A stretch of 64,000 bases of DNA from a bacterium (GCA_031385045.1 JANNBC010000015.1:19665-83664); one strand, 5' to 3'; shown: positions 18,576 through 28,967, counted from the stretch's first letter. Numbers and translations: made by a program. The notes: generated by a model from the sequence alone, not told the origin.

Positions 18576-19582
18576 TTATCAATATAATATTAAGCTTCTT
18601 AGTAACAAGTAACTCTTGCTTAGCAGACTCTATAGTACAATTTACAACTAACATAAATTTACAGTCTCTAACCTTCGAAGATCAAATCACCACAAAATTT
18701 GATTCTGATAATAAATTCTCAGGCACATCAAGAACTATTACATTACCATCGAAAGAAGATAGCGACCCGCAGATCCTTTCGGCATTTAGAAATGGGCAAC
18801 CGATTAACTACACAAGCCAAAGATTTAATGGTGGGTTCTTTACTATTGCGTTAAGGGGCGATGGGTCCCTGCTTCCAAGTGGGGAATATGAGTTCAAGGT
18901 TAAGTATAAAATTGGTGCGCCGCTTAGAGTTGAAAATAAACTAGCGATTTTAGAATGGAGTGTTAATTCCAAACTTTGGAAATTGCCAATTCAAAATATT
19001 AGTGGGAAGGTCGATCTCCCGAATGGTATCAGTAGCAAGCATATCAAACACTATGCTTATACATTAAAAGATGGGAAAAAAGATCTGACAACGGGACAGA
19101 GCGCTCTTGAAATAGCAAAAAATCAAATTACTATTAACTATAATTGTTTGAAATCATTGGAGCCAAAAGAAGAATTTTATATTTATGTAGAATATCCAGA
19201 CACCAAGATATTAAATCCAGTGATCACCGCAGATTCAGCAGAGACGATTGTAGTGAATGGTAAATCTGTTAAAATCGGCAAAAGTATTTCTGCTGAAAAC
19301 CAAGCAATTCCTGAAAATAAAAATACAGAAACACCGACTAGCTCCACAATTAAAGTCGATGGAAAAGAAATCAAGGTTGGAAAGTCAATTACTCTTGATA
19401 ATGAACAGAAGGTGGCGCCAGAGCAGACTCCATCAAAAACAGTTAAGATTGATGGTCGAGAATTACGGATTGGGAATATTGTTAATCTAGAGGAGTCTCA
19501 AAAGACTACGACTTCATCAGGAACTGTCACCCCTTCTGGTAAAAAAGTAGAGGTGGGTAAAAGCATTAGACTTGAAGAGTAG
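18536..19582 (+). CDS. secreted protein with C-terminal ~23-aa tandem repeats
   Basis: Signal peptide. Four repeats of the type xGK(S/E)VKIGKSIxxENxQ..PE... (VKIGKSIS, IKVGKSIT, LRIGNIVN, VEVGKSIR). Start uncertain because it overlaps the Flp gene by 40 nt. Confidence 0.5.
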   Translation: MSCDRTTRDMLKLVINIILSFLVTSNSCLADSIVQFTTNINLQSLTFEDQITTKFDSDNKFSGTSRTITLPSKEDSDPQILSAFRNGQPINYTSQRFNGGFFTIALRGDGSLLPSGEYEFKVKYKIGAPLRVENKLAILEWSVNSKLWKLPIQNISGKVDLPNGISSKHIKHYAYTLKDGKKDLTTGQSALEIAKNQITINYNCLKSLEPKEEFYIYVEYPDTKILNPVITADSAETIVVNGKSVKIGKSISAENQAIPENKNTETPTSSTIKVDGKEIKVGKSITLDNEQKVAPEQTPSKTVKIDGRELRIGNIVNLEESQKTTTSSGTVTPSGKKVEVGKSIRLEE

Positions 19583-19610
19583 GCTGCTCGAATCTCTGTA
19601 ATAAAAGACC

Positions 19611-19907
19611 TTAACTAGCCACTCGCTTAACTGAGAGCTCTAGTAGCTCATGCATGATAGTCTGATAGGGGCGATTTTGCTTCTTTGCTAGTTTTCTTAA
19701 CTTCATTAATAACTTTGGATTGATACGAAAGGCAATCATTTGCTTCGCATTGTCACTTTGCGGACGCCCTACTCTGCGAGCCATTTTTAGTTCGCGGTTT
19801 GTTAATTCAGGGATATCAGAAAAATCAATTTTCTTTTTCTTGGTAGAAATTTCTTTCTTTTCTTGATGCTTGCCTTGCGCTAATGATTCTAATTCTTTCT
19901 TGGCCAT
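19611..19907 (-). CDS. brnA: antitoxin BrnA (ribbon-helix-helix, COG3514-like)
   Basis: 98 aa. KKIDFSDIPELT...RVGRPQS...YQTIM pattern typical of BrnA. Confidence 0.7.
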   Translation of the reverse strand: MAKKELESLAQGKHQEKKEISTKKKKIDFSDIPELTNRELKMARRVGRPQSDNAKQMIAFRINPKLLMKLRKLAKKQNRPYQTIMHELLELSVKRVAS

Positions 19908-20114
19908 TTGTCGTTATTCGATATGTAAAAACTACTATTAAAATCCTTTTCTTAATGGACATAGCTAAACGCTTAAAGCGTTTTTCAAAAAAGAATGAGC
20001 TAAGTCTTCAAGGTGCAGTCCTTCGGAATCTAAAAAAATAGAAGCTGCTTCTTCAAACGTCATGCCATGTTTTTGATAGTTAGATTTAGCCTTGCTATCA
20101 TCCCAAATAAACAT
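19825..20114 (-). pseudogene. brnT: toxin BrnT (DUF497) interrupted by a -1 frameshift in an A6/T6 homopolymer
   Basis: The minus strand from 20114 reads MFIWDDSKAKSNYQKHGMTFEEAASIFLDSEGLHLEDLAHS, then stops. After shifting +1 at the run 19987..19992 it continues FEKRFKRLAMSIKKRILIVVFTYR...ERIRIISARQASRKERNFYQE. Together these match the BrnT consensus (F.WD..K...N..KHG..FEEA..VF.D...HS..EERF..IG...GRLL.VV.T.R...IRIISAR.A...ER..Y). Confidence 0.6.
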
Positions 20115-20291
20115 AATTAATGTATATACAATAAATATAAGATCTTTCTTAAAATAACTCCATTTTAAAGTTAAACTTTAGAATAGGTATTCATTATTCA
20201 ATCGGAGATACGATAAAAAATTCACTAGGCTTGATGGATTCTTTAATAAATTTAACTTGAAAATGAAATTATCTAGGGTTAGATTTGTTTT

Positions 20292-20597
20292 ATGAACTTA
20301 AATTTGAATGAAATAATTGAACATTTTAGGACAGTATTAGAAATAAAAACGGGGTCTTACTATGATTCTTTTAATGATGAAATTATTCGTATGCTTGATC
20401 TCGAAGAACAAGATCATAGTTATCTTAAAAACTTCTTCCTAACTTTTGCGGACAGAAAGGAAATTGAAAATTGGACTAACCTTGTTAAGCATAAATTAGT
20501 TATGCACGAGGATGAAGAAGGAGTAGACGATCTAATCTTTGAATATATCGAATACCAAACGAGGAAAGAGCTAACTTATGACTCTCTAAAAGTATAG
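20292..20597 (+). CDS. hypothetical small acidic protein
   Basis: 101-aa ORF with no motif. Convergent with the helicase gene. Coding status uncertain. Confidence 0.3.
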   Translation: MNLNLNEIIEHFRTVLEIKTGSYYDSFNDEIIRMLDLEEQDHSYLKNFFLTFADRKEIENWTNLVKHKLVMHEDEEGVDDLIFEYIEYQTRKELTYDSLKV

Positions 20598-20600
20598 CAT

Positions 20601-23600
20601 CTAACCAATAGCAAGCTTTGCTGTTTCCTTCCAAAGATAACTTGGTATCGGTTTCTCAAGTTGCCAGTAGATACTCATTGGTTTTGAACCTTCATGTTTC
20701 ACATAATTTACCTTACCAAGAAATACAAAAGACATGGTCTTTTTATATTCATCGTTGTTCTTCTCACGGACAAATAATAAAATTGATTTCTTGTTTGTTT
20801 TTTGTTCTATGTAACTAAGCCCAACTCCTCGATCTTCCCTGGAGGCATTTTGCGACTGCCAATGAAAAATATGATCGCTTACTGCATAATCTTGATACAT
20901 TGTTGTGGGTGAATATAAATCTTCATTTTTCTCTAATGTCGTAAAAAGAATTTCTGTATTTTTAGAATTAATATTAAGTACTCCTTCTCGGGAAGAAGAC
21001 TTCTTAGCAAAATTACTTTCACCAAAGGCAGCTAAGATTTGTTCTCTAGTATATCTACTGTGAACCATAAGCGGTTGTTGATATGGCAAATCAATCACTT
21101 CTTCCTTGTGCGCAATGCGATCAATTAAAATCTCTAATAACTCTACAATCTCACCAACCAATTCGGAACTCTCGCTAATCTTTCTTATCGCAAGGTTTAA
21201 ATTTCCATGTGCCTCTTTTACACTCCAAAGATCATAATAAAGCATATTGAGCATCAATCGTTCTGACTCTGTATATGTTTCTCTTAGATTAAAATTATCT
21301 TTTGCTAGTTGTAGGATAAAATTTAAATAAGAGTAGGAGTTACAATTAAGCCATTTTCTATAAATGGCATTTCTAATCTCTTTCTCGTTATTACAAGAGA
21401 ATTCCTTTTTTTCTGATGCTAACTGACAGAGGCGCGACCAAGTTTCATATTTATAGATAAATTCTAAGGGGATATTAGTAAAATTAATAAAATTTTTGAG
21501 ATTGAGAGGTAATGATGCCTGAAATTGAAAGTTTTTAATTTTACTAATTAAAGTATTCTTGCGTAGATTTACAGCATTTTTAATATTAGCTAAAATTACT
21601 TCTTTAGCTTTCCTCTCTAAAATAATAGAACAGCCGAGTGGTAGATGAGGAAAATCTTTTTCAATTTCATCACGAGTAGAATTAGTTGTCTTGCCAATTA
21701 AGGCTCGAAACTTATTGTTAAAATCATATTCAGATCTAGCATTTCCAACAAAATCTAGAACCGTTAGGCAATCTTTGCCGGCAACTTTTCGCAAGCCTCG
21801 TCCTAATTGTTGCAGGAACACTGTTAAGCTTTCTGTTGGTCTTAAAAATAAGATCGTATCAATTTCTGGAATATCAACACCTTCATTAAAGATATCTACT
21901 ACGAATAAATAGTTAATTTCTTTCTTGAAAAGCCTTTGTTTAATGGTTTCCCGTTTACCTTCTTGGTCATTACCACTAACTAGATAATCAGCTTTAAAAC
22001 CTCTTAGGGTAAACTTTTCCGCCATAAACTCGGCGTGATCTCTTGATACACAGAAACATAGTGCCCTCACCTCTCTGAGATCCGTTAGATAATGTTGACA
22101 ACGCTCAATGATCTCGCCAACTCTTAGATCGTTTCCAGTATAAATTCGTGTCAATTCACTAGGATCGTATTTTCCTTTTGACCAAGCAACGTTAGATAAA
22201 TCTATAGAATCTGAAATACCAAAATACTGGAATGGGCAGAGCAACTCTCGATTTAAGGCTTCTGGTAATCTAATTTCTGCTGCTATTGTATTACAAAAAT
22301 CATCTAAAATATTAGCATTGTCCATTCTTTCTGGCGTTGCAGTTAAGCCAAGAAGAACCTTAGGATGGAACTTACTTAAAACGGGTCGATAACTACTAGC
22401 TGAGATATGATGTACTTCATCAATAATAATATAATCGTAATAATCGCTACTGAGCGCTAGTGAATCAATTTGATTTTTTAGTGTAAGTATTGATGCAAAA
22501 ACTGACTTGTAATTTGTAGGAATTTGGCCATCTGCCCAAAGCTCTCCAAAATTGTTATCTCTTAGAATTCCTCGGAATGTCCCGATAGCCTGCTCTAAGA
22601 TTTCTTTGCGATGTGCAATAAATAAAAATTTGGCATTGGGATTATCTTTAAGAAAATTTTTAAAATCAAATGCTGAGATTACAGTTTTGCCCGTACCAGT
22701 TGCTGCAACTATTAGATTTCTAGATCTATTATGTAAAGTTCGTTCAACTAAAAGTTTTTCTAGAATTTCCTTTTGAAATGGGTATGGCTCCAAATCAAAA
22801 TAAGTTGCCGGGAGGCTATTCGCTATCCAATTTTCTTTTTTTAAGGCACTTTGAAGTTTTTCATTGCTAATACCTAAATGATAATCTTCAAATTCTGGAT
22901 CATTCCAATAGGTATGAAAAACTTTATCAAATTTTTCAATTATGTGAGGTATTTCTTGAGTTGTAACTTTAATATTCCATTCGAGTCCTTTTGTTAATGC
23001 ACTCTTCGAAAAATTTGAAGAACCGATATAGGCAGTGTGAAACTTGGTGTTACGATAAAAAAGGCTTGCCTTAGCATGTAGTCTTTCGCTTCTAGTATTG
23101 TAGGAGACCTTGATTTGGGTATTTTTTAATTTAGCTAAAAATTCAATTGCTTTATAATCAGTGGCGCCCATGTAAGTAGTTGTGATTACATGTAGCTGAC
23201 CACCTCTATCGGTAAATTCTTTCAGCTCTTTCTCTATTAATCGAAAACCTTCCCACTTAATAAAGGAAATTAAAAAATAAATCTTATCGGCAGAAAGGAT
23301 CTCTTTTCTTAACTCAGTATCAAGGGAGATACTAGCATTGCCTCCTGTAAATAATTCACTCTGCGCCAATCCTGCTTGGGGTCGAACTTCTTTTAGGTGA
23401 GCCTCAAGATCACTAAAACCACAATCAATTTTAGAGATAATAGCTGTGAGAATTTGCTCATTCTTTTCATTTAAATCAATTAATTCACTATCAAAATCTG
23501 CGTTATCTAATTCTTGTCTTAGGAGGTGAATTATTTTATTAGAAAGTGCAATTTGCTGGTCAATACTATCTTCGTTAGTAATTAGCCCAAAGGCATAATG

Positions 23601-23759
23601 TAGAAGTCTAGATAAATATTGACTGAGAATTCTAGCAGCCTCATGTTTTTCAATTTTAATTCTTTGAACGTAGAACTTATTTGGATCAAGTCTTGCAAGT
23701 TTATTCTCGACAAGCTTGTTAATTAATTTTTCGTAAAGTCCCAGTTCCATGGCATTCAA
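20601..23759 (-). CDS. PLD-family nuclease / SF2 (DEAH) helicase fusion with C-terminal uncharacterised domain (type III restriction Res-like)
   Basis: 1052 aa. HKD motif ...RLHAKASLFYRN...IGSSNFS. Helicase motif I AATGTGKT, motif II IIIDEVHH, motif III LTATPER, motif VI QQLGRGLR. About 300-aa C-terminal region as in DUF3427-type proteins (cannot verify). Confidence 0.8.
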   Translation of the reverse strand: MNAMELGLYEKLINKLVENKLARLDPNKFYVQRIKIEKHEAARILSQYLSRLLHYAFGLITNEDSIDQQIALSNKIIHLLRQELDNADFDSELIDLNEKNEQILTAIISKIDCGFSDLEAHLKEVRPQAGLAQSELFTGGNASISLDTELRKEILSADKIYFLISFIKWEGFRLIEKELKEFTDRGGQLHVITTTYMGATDYKAIEFLAKLKNTQIKVSYNTRSERLHAKASLFYRNTKFHTAYIGSSNFSKSALTKGLEWNIKVTTQEIPHIIEKFDKVFHTYWNDPEFEDYHLGISNEKLQSALKKENWIANSLPATYFDLEPYPFQKEILEKLLVERTLHNRSRNLIVAATGTGKTVISAFDFKNFLKDNPNAKFLFIAHRKEILEQAIGTFRGILRDNNFGELWADGQIPTNYKSVFASILTLKNQIDSLALSSDYYDYIIIDEVHHISASSYRPVLSKFHPKVLLGLTATPERMDNANILDDFCNTIAAEIRLPEALNRELLCPFQYFGISDSIDLSNVAWSKGKYDPSELTRIYTGNDLRVGEIIERCQHYLTDLREVRALCFCVSRDHAEFMAEKFTLRGFKADYLVSGNDQEGKRETIKQRLFKKEINYLFVVDIFNEGVDIPEIDTILFLRPTESLTVFLQQLGRGLRKVAGKDCLTVLDFVGNARSEYDFNNKFRALIGKTTNSTRDEIEKDFPHLPLGCSIILERKAKEVILANIKNAVNLRKNTLISKIKNFQFQASLPLNLKNFINFTNIPLEFIYKYETWSRLCQLASEKKEFSCNNEKEIRNAIYRKWLNCNSYSYLNFILQLAKDNFNLRETYTESERLMLNMLYYDLWSVKEAHGNLNLAIRKISESSELVGEIVELLEILIDRIAHKEEVIDLPYQQPLMVHSRYTREQILAAFGESNFAKKSSSREGVLNINSKNTEILFTTLEKNEDLYSPTTMYQDYAVSDHIFHWQSQNASREDRGVGLSYIEQKTNKKSILLFVREKNNDEYKKTMSFVFLGKVNYVKHEGSKPMSIYWQLEKPIPSYLWKETAKLAIG

Positions 23760-23847
23760 AGTAGCAACTTTAAGAATTGATGGCCAGGGATAATGAGGTT
23801 GATTTCACTAAATAAGAGACATCAGCTCAGGCATACCCCAAGACATG

Positions 23848-24963
23848 CTAAACAAATTTCTTAAGAAATTCCAAAGCAGAAATTACAATAATCCCATCTT
23901 TAGTAACATAATGTTTGTCGGTATCAAAAACTACTTGATAACAATCGACTTCAGGAAATTTGGATTTTAAATATTTTAAATTTTTATCGATATCTGTACT
24001 TTGATACTTAGCTTCAATAAACATTGAAGGAATATCTTTTTTAGTTATTACAAAATCCACCTCTCTCGCTTGGGAATCGCGAAAATATCTTAGCTCATAC
24101 TCCTCACCTTCGGTATCTGTTCGAAAATGGCACCACTTGAGTAAGTGTGACGCAATCATGTTTTCGAATCTAGGCCCATCTTTTTCAATTAAGGACCAAT
24201 CATAGTGATAATGTTTCTGTTCTTTTTTAACAGATTTGATCTTAGCAGAACCAAATGGACTTAAGCGGAAGATTGCATACATCCTTTCCATGATAATCAA
24301 CCAACGCTGAATTACTTTGAAAGATATTTCCAAATCTCTTGTAATGGAATTGATTGATAGCGGGCTACCAACTAAATCTGGAAGGCGAAGAGCCATTAGT
24401 TCAAGCTTTGCTAGGTCGTGAATACTTTCCAAGCTGTTGATATCTTCATTGATCAATCGGTGGCGATATTCCAATGACCAACGTTTGGCATCCTTTGCCG
24501 AACCTGAAAAAAATGGTTCCGGAAAACCTCCTAAAAAAAGTAAGTCTTTCAAATCTTTTTGAGTTTGGATTTGCAACTCACTAAGTGAGAGTGGATGCAG
24601 CCGGTAATAATGATACCTGCCCTGCAAAGAGTCACCACCGTAGCGATAGTAATCAAGCTTGGCGCTACCAGTCACAATAACCTTTTTAGAATTTTTATTT
24701 AGATCGTAAAAACCTTTAATAAAACTTCGCCATCCTTTGAATTTATGCAGTTCATCAAAAATGACATTTGGGAAATTTGGAATTTCATTATTTAGAATCA
24801 GATCTTTGTGCTCAATAATATCCCAATTAAGATAAGTTCGTTCTGTTGGAAAAACATTTAAAGACATTGTTGTTTTCCCAACTTGGCGTGGCCCACCAAC
24901 AAAAACCATTTTCTTGTTTAAATCCTCTTTAATGTATGATTCTAAGTATCTGTTTTGATTCAT
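23848..24963 (-). CDS. AAA+ ATPase of the COG1373/DUF4143-type family (paralog 1)
   Basis: Walker A GGPRQVGKTT, Walker B VIFDELHK, sensor ...VTGSA...GDSLQGRY. Paralogous to 36143, 40395 and 59724. Confidence 0.75.
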   Translation of the reverse strand: MNQNRYLESYIKEDLNKKMVFVGGPRQVGKTTMSLNVFPTERTYLNWDIIEHKDLILNNEIPNFPNVIFDELHKFKGWRSFIKGFYDLNKNSKKVIVTGSAKLDYYRYGGDSLQGRYHYYRLHPLSLSELQIQTQKDLKDLLFLGGFPEPFFSGSAKDAKRWSLEYRHRLINEDINSLESIHDLAKLELMALRLPDLVGSPLSINSITRDLEISFKVIQRWLIIMERMYAIFRLSPFGSAKIKSVKKEQKHYHYDWSLIEKDGPRFENMIASHLLKWCHFRTDTEGEEYELRYFRDSQAREVDFVITKKDIPSMFIEAKYQSTDIDKNLKYLKSKFPEVDCYQVVFDTDKHYVTKDGIIVISALEFLKKFV

Positions 24964-24977
24964 ATTATAAGCATAAT

Positions 24978-25009
24978 AAGTGATTTTTATCCTATGTCAA
25001 AAATCACTT
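24978..25009. promoter_or_regulatory. 11-bp perfect inverted repeat 15 bp upstream of ATPase paralog 1
   Basis: AAGTGATTTTT-N10-AAAAATCACTT. An extra half-site AAAAATCACC lies at 25031..25040. Confidence 0.4.
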
Positions 25010-25226
25010 AAGTAATTTTATACCATAGGCAAAAATCACCTTCAAGTAGAAAATATTTTAATAAAAGAGGCATTGTCAGTACTCTCCGGAATAACTTTCA
25101 CCAAAACCTCATAAGCATCTGAAGATACTAAGTAATCAGAGTGATTTTATTGGGATGACACTAGCTGACAGTTTTAAATTTATGAGGTGCTTTCATTAGC
25201 AGTTAGTCTAAAAGTATAAATATTAA

Positions 25227-26315
25227 CTAATCAAACGAAAACGATCGATACCAAGGATGCCCCATAAACCCTGGACCCACTTCAATTTTAGCAATAGAGG
25301 CTTGAGATGCCGAGTTAAAAACGTCTGGATCAACTTGAATGCATTTTGGAACATTAAGTCCTGAAGGGGCACCATCAAAGTTAAAATATAAATAATAGGT
25401 ATAGTAACGTCCATTCTTGGAGCGGTGTTCACGCTTTTCTTTGTTGATAATTTGTCCATGCACTATAATTGAAGGCTGGGAATCAAGATTAATATTTAGA
25501 TCGGATAGCATGTTAACTCCGGCTATCGGCATGCACAGTCCTATCAGCAAGGCAGACTCAATAATAATCCTATGCCCACGAGAAGATCCGCGAAAAACTA
25601 GGATCACAACTAAGAAGAAAAAAACTAAGCAAAGCAGGCCAAAAATTATGCCCTGTTGGAATAAATACATTCCATCTAAATGATAATCTTGGCGATTAAA
25701 GGACCATTCCATAAATCCAGCACTGGCATATCCAAAGAATGACCAGACGAGAGTTTCTGTAATAAAGGCTTTCCAAACAAATGGATCGTCAAGGAAACCA
25801 ACCCTAAGTGTTCGATCTCTATTAATACTATCCTTTAAAGCAATTAATTCGTTTTTTATTTCTTGATTCTGACTACAATCTCCAGGAAGCTTTAAGATTA
25901 ACTGTCGGCCATCAGATTTTAAATGAATGGCGTCGGATACAAAGAATTTTAAAATTGTTTTTCTTAGAGTAGGATCTCCAGTAAGTTTTCGAAAAAAGGA
26001 CTTACTGTCAGAAGCAATATAAATCAGATCGTCAAATTCTGGATCTCCAGTTTGAAACTCTTTTGCTAAGCCTAAGTTTTTAAAGAAGCTATCACTGCCA
26101 ACTTCATTAGTTAATTTAAATTGTGCCGGGAAAGCAAGATCCACGATAAAGGAAGTTGCCAGAACGCTACTTTTACTGCGATGTTTAATAATATAAATCT
26201 TGTTTCCAGCTACAATAGATTCTTGCTTGCCACTTAAGCTTAAGAAGATTTGTTTGCTAAAGATTCGAGCTAGAGCTGATAGACCAATGGCAATCAATTT
26301 AAATAAAATCCACAT
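25227..26315 (-). CDS. hypothetical polytopic membrane protein
   Basis: 362 aa. N-terminal TM, central TM pair, then a soluble C-terminal domain. No motif recognised. Confidence 0.4.
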   Translation of the reverse strand: MWILFKLIAIGLSALARIFSKQIFLSLSGKQESIVAGNKIYIIKHRSKSSVLATSFIVDLAFPAQFKLTNEVGSDSFFKNLGLAKEFQTGDPEFDDLIYIASDSKSFFRKLTGDPTLRKTILKFFVSDAIHLKSDGRQLILKLPGDCSQNQEIKNELIALKDSINRDRTLRVGFLDDPFVWKAFITETLVWSFFGYASAGFMEWSFNRQDYHLDGMYLFQQGIIFGLLCLVFFFLVVILVFRGSSRGHRIIIESALLIGLCMPIAGVNMLSDLNINLDSQPSIIVHGQIINKEKREHRSKNGRYYTYYLYFNFDGAPSGLNVPKCIQVDPDVFNSASQASIAKIEVGPGFMGHPWYRSFSFD

Positions 26316-26423
26316 TTCTTAATTATTAAAATGTTAGAATTAAATCTATGATCCATGGGGGAATTCTAAAGTCTATTAATCTGTAATTTAAGTTATAGTA
26401 ATCTTCAGTAATAATTTAATTGA

Positions 26424-27317
26424 TTACTGAACCAACTTACCATCACAGTCTAACCAATACTCTTGTCCACCAATCATCATCTTGCCTTTATTACATTCAG
26501 GTCCAGCTGGTTTTTTAGTATCCGAGAAGTCCGCTTGTTTCACACTATCAATTCCGCTAGTTAGGTGATCTTCATCAGCGCGCATATGCAGACTTAGGTT
26601 CCCCATTTGTTGAGCTGTTTCAATTTTTAGAGCGTCAGTTGGACTAAGCTCTAAAGTTACTGTGGAACTGGCGGCTATTTTATTACGGCCAGAAGCAAAT
26701 CTTTGAGTGGCAGTAGAAGCATCGCCTCCGGTAGAAAGAATCCGAGAATTCTCTACTACTACTTTACTAGTTAATTGTCCTTCATCAATGTGTGTTAAGA
26801 CAACATCAACGCTGTTGCCCGGCATTGCCCAACCTTCAACACCATGCTTAGCAGAGATATCAATTGTTACAGCTCTCATCCCCGGACTAATTTTAATCAA
26901 AGCACCTTCTGGAGTATCTGTTAAATTAATTGCTAAAATTGGTTCACCATATTTTAAATCTACTTTAGCAAATTTGTTATGAAGCATTGCTAGGTCATCA
27001 ACTGCGCCGACTGGCAGTTCAGCTTTTGGCCACATTAATTCACGAAGCTCAACACTTCCTAAACTTGTTCCCGCTGGAACTGGTTTCGCTGGCGTAAATA
27101 AAACTATTGTATCGTTATTAGTTGCTGCCGCTACAGCTTCGGTAGTCTCTTGAATTTTTGAAGCGGTGGCAGTTCTAGATTGAAGAATAATTACCAGTAA
27201 TGCTACAACAAGTAGCAAGATCGACATTAAAATTCCAAGCAAGATAAATTTCTGCTTTTTGGAATTTAGGTTAATGCTAAAGGTACCGGCTTGTGTTCCA
27301 AATTTCCCGCTATTCAT
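26424..27317 (-). CDS. cpaB: Flp-pilus assembly protein CpaB/RcpC-like (SAF domain)
   Basis: 297 aa. N-terminal TM anchor, SAF/beta-clip-like core (...LFTPAKPVPAGTSLGSVELREL...), Cys-containing C-terminus. No other tad genes adjacent. Confidence 0.55.
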   Translation of the reverse strand: MNSGKFGTQAGTFSINLNSKKQKFILLGILMSILLLVVALLVIILQSRTATASKIQETTEAVAAATNNDTIVLFTPAKPVPAGTSLGSVELRELMWPKAELPVGAVDDLAMLHNKFAKVDLKYGEPILAINLTDTPEGALIKISPGMRAVTIDISAKHGVEGWAMPGNSVDVVLTHIDEGQLTSKVVVENSRILSTGGDASTATQRFASGRNKIAASSTVTLELSPTDALKIETAQQMGNLSLHMRADEDHLTSGIDSVKQADFSDTKKPAGPECNKGKMMIGGQEYWLDCDGKLVQ

Positions 27318-27890
27318 AACAAAATCCCTTTTGTTACCTACGAAACATCCTTGTAAGTAATTATTTTTGTAAATTTACTCAGATTTTAAAGCTTTCAAGA
27401 ACATTCAAGTTTGAAAAATGCTTTAATAAAATTAACTCTCTGAGTAATTGCCTATTCATATCGGCATGTTATAGGATGCACTTTAAGCCTTTTTTGGTTT
27501 CAAATCGTAAATTTAAAAAGTCAATACTTTTGGGGGCTTTTTTTAATTTAATTAACTTAAACTTATTGGGTAATAAATCGAGACTTTTGAATATCTTATC
27601 AACAAAAAAAACTGAAAAACTTGTGCTTTTTGCCACTTTCGCCAATAATTTTTAGAAGTTTTAAATAAAAAAATTTATAGCCAGTTAGCCCTTTTACGAG
27701 TAAATTGATAATCAGTTACAAGGAAAATTTGCTATCTGCCGTAATTTCTTTAATTATCAGAAATAAGTGGTTTTTACAGAAAGCTACCCCTCGTTTTGTA
27801 TAAACTTCTGGGAAATTAGCGGTTTTAAGCATTTCTGGTAGAACTATAAAATTATTAACAAAAAATCATCGAATATAACGGTTAAAATAT

Positions 27891-28967
27891 ATGAAAAAAA
27901 TTATCATCCCAGTTGTTATTGTTATTTTAGCCTTAGGGGCATATTTTTTTACAGGAAAAAACGAGAGTAAATCTTTTGAGCCACTTGCCAACAACACTGG
28001 TAAAAAACCAGTAACAGAAGTGACAGGCAGCTCTGCTACGACAACAACTCCACCAATCGAGCCGGTGAAAGGTAGTAGCGATGAAGACTTAGAAAATCTT
28101 TATGACGAAGAGATTCTCCCTGCAACTGATGTTTATCCTTCAGCACGAGAGGCTTACGACAAAATTATGGCTTCCATTAAAAGTTACGATGATATCGTAC
28201 TAGAACAATTTGCTGGGCTAAACGCTAGTAATTGCACCTGGTGTCCAGAATTGTTTGCTAGCTTAAAAGAATCAATGATTGCGGCAAAAGATGATGATAC
28301 GAAGAGTTACTTAGCTGAGCTATTAGCAATCACAGGCGATCAGGGTAACATCGAAACGATCTTAGAGGCTTATAAAAATGGGAATGAAAGTGATCAAGAA
28401 ATTTACTTAGAGTCATTAGAAATGACTGCAGGAGACGATAATTTAGTTGCATTCTTAAATGGAAAAATCGAAGGAGCGCCAGAGCCACTTAAAGAATCAT
28501 TAATTGCAGCAATTAGTAATCATGGTTCCCTTTCTGCGGTAGAAAGTCTTTACGAACAAACAAAAGCTAAAGGCGATCCTAATGGCTACTATGATTTTGG
28601 AATGGGCTTAGGAGAAGTTATTCCTGATGCCGAAGCACTACCAAAGCTAATCGATATTGCTAACCAAAAAGATCAGTACTCCCATTTAGCGGTGAAGTCC
28701 TTGCTAAACTATGGAGACGAAGGTCTGCGGGAAGTTTTTAATATTATAAGTAGCTCTAATGACTCTGCCTTAAATGGAAAATTATTGGCTGACGCGATCG
28801 ATCATGTAAGTTTTAATGAAGATACTGAAGCCTTAATTGATGAGGTGCTTGCTAACAATTCTAATCCTGATGCTCAGAAATTCGCTAAGGAAATTAAAGA
28901 TGAGATGGCGTACGAGCTAAACAATAGTGATGCTGATACGGCAGAAGATGTAGCTGGTGAAGAATAG
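27891..28967 (+). CDS. hypothetical membrane-anchored acidic helical-repeat protein
   Basis: 358 aa. N-terminal TM, highly acidic, repeat-like helices. Preceded by ~570 bp of AT-rich noncoding DNA. Confidence 0.4.
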   Translation: MKKIIIPVVIVILALGAYFFTGKNESKSFEPLANNTGKKPVTEVTGSSATTTTPPIEPVKGSSDEDLENLYDEEILPATDVYPSAREAYDKIMASIKSYDDIVLEQFAGLNASNCTWCPELFASLKESMIAAKDDDTKSYLAELLAITGDQGNIETILEAYKNGNESDQEIYLESLEMTAGDDNLVAFLNGKIEGAPEPLKESLIAAISNHGSLSAVESLYEQTKAKGDPNGYYDFGMGLGEVIPDAEALPKLIDIANQKDQYSHLAVKSLLNYGDEGLREVFNIISSSNDSALNGKLLADAIDHVSFNEDTEALIDEVLANNSNPDAQKFAKEIKDEMAYELNNSDADTAEDVAGEE

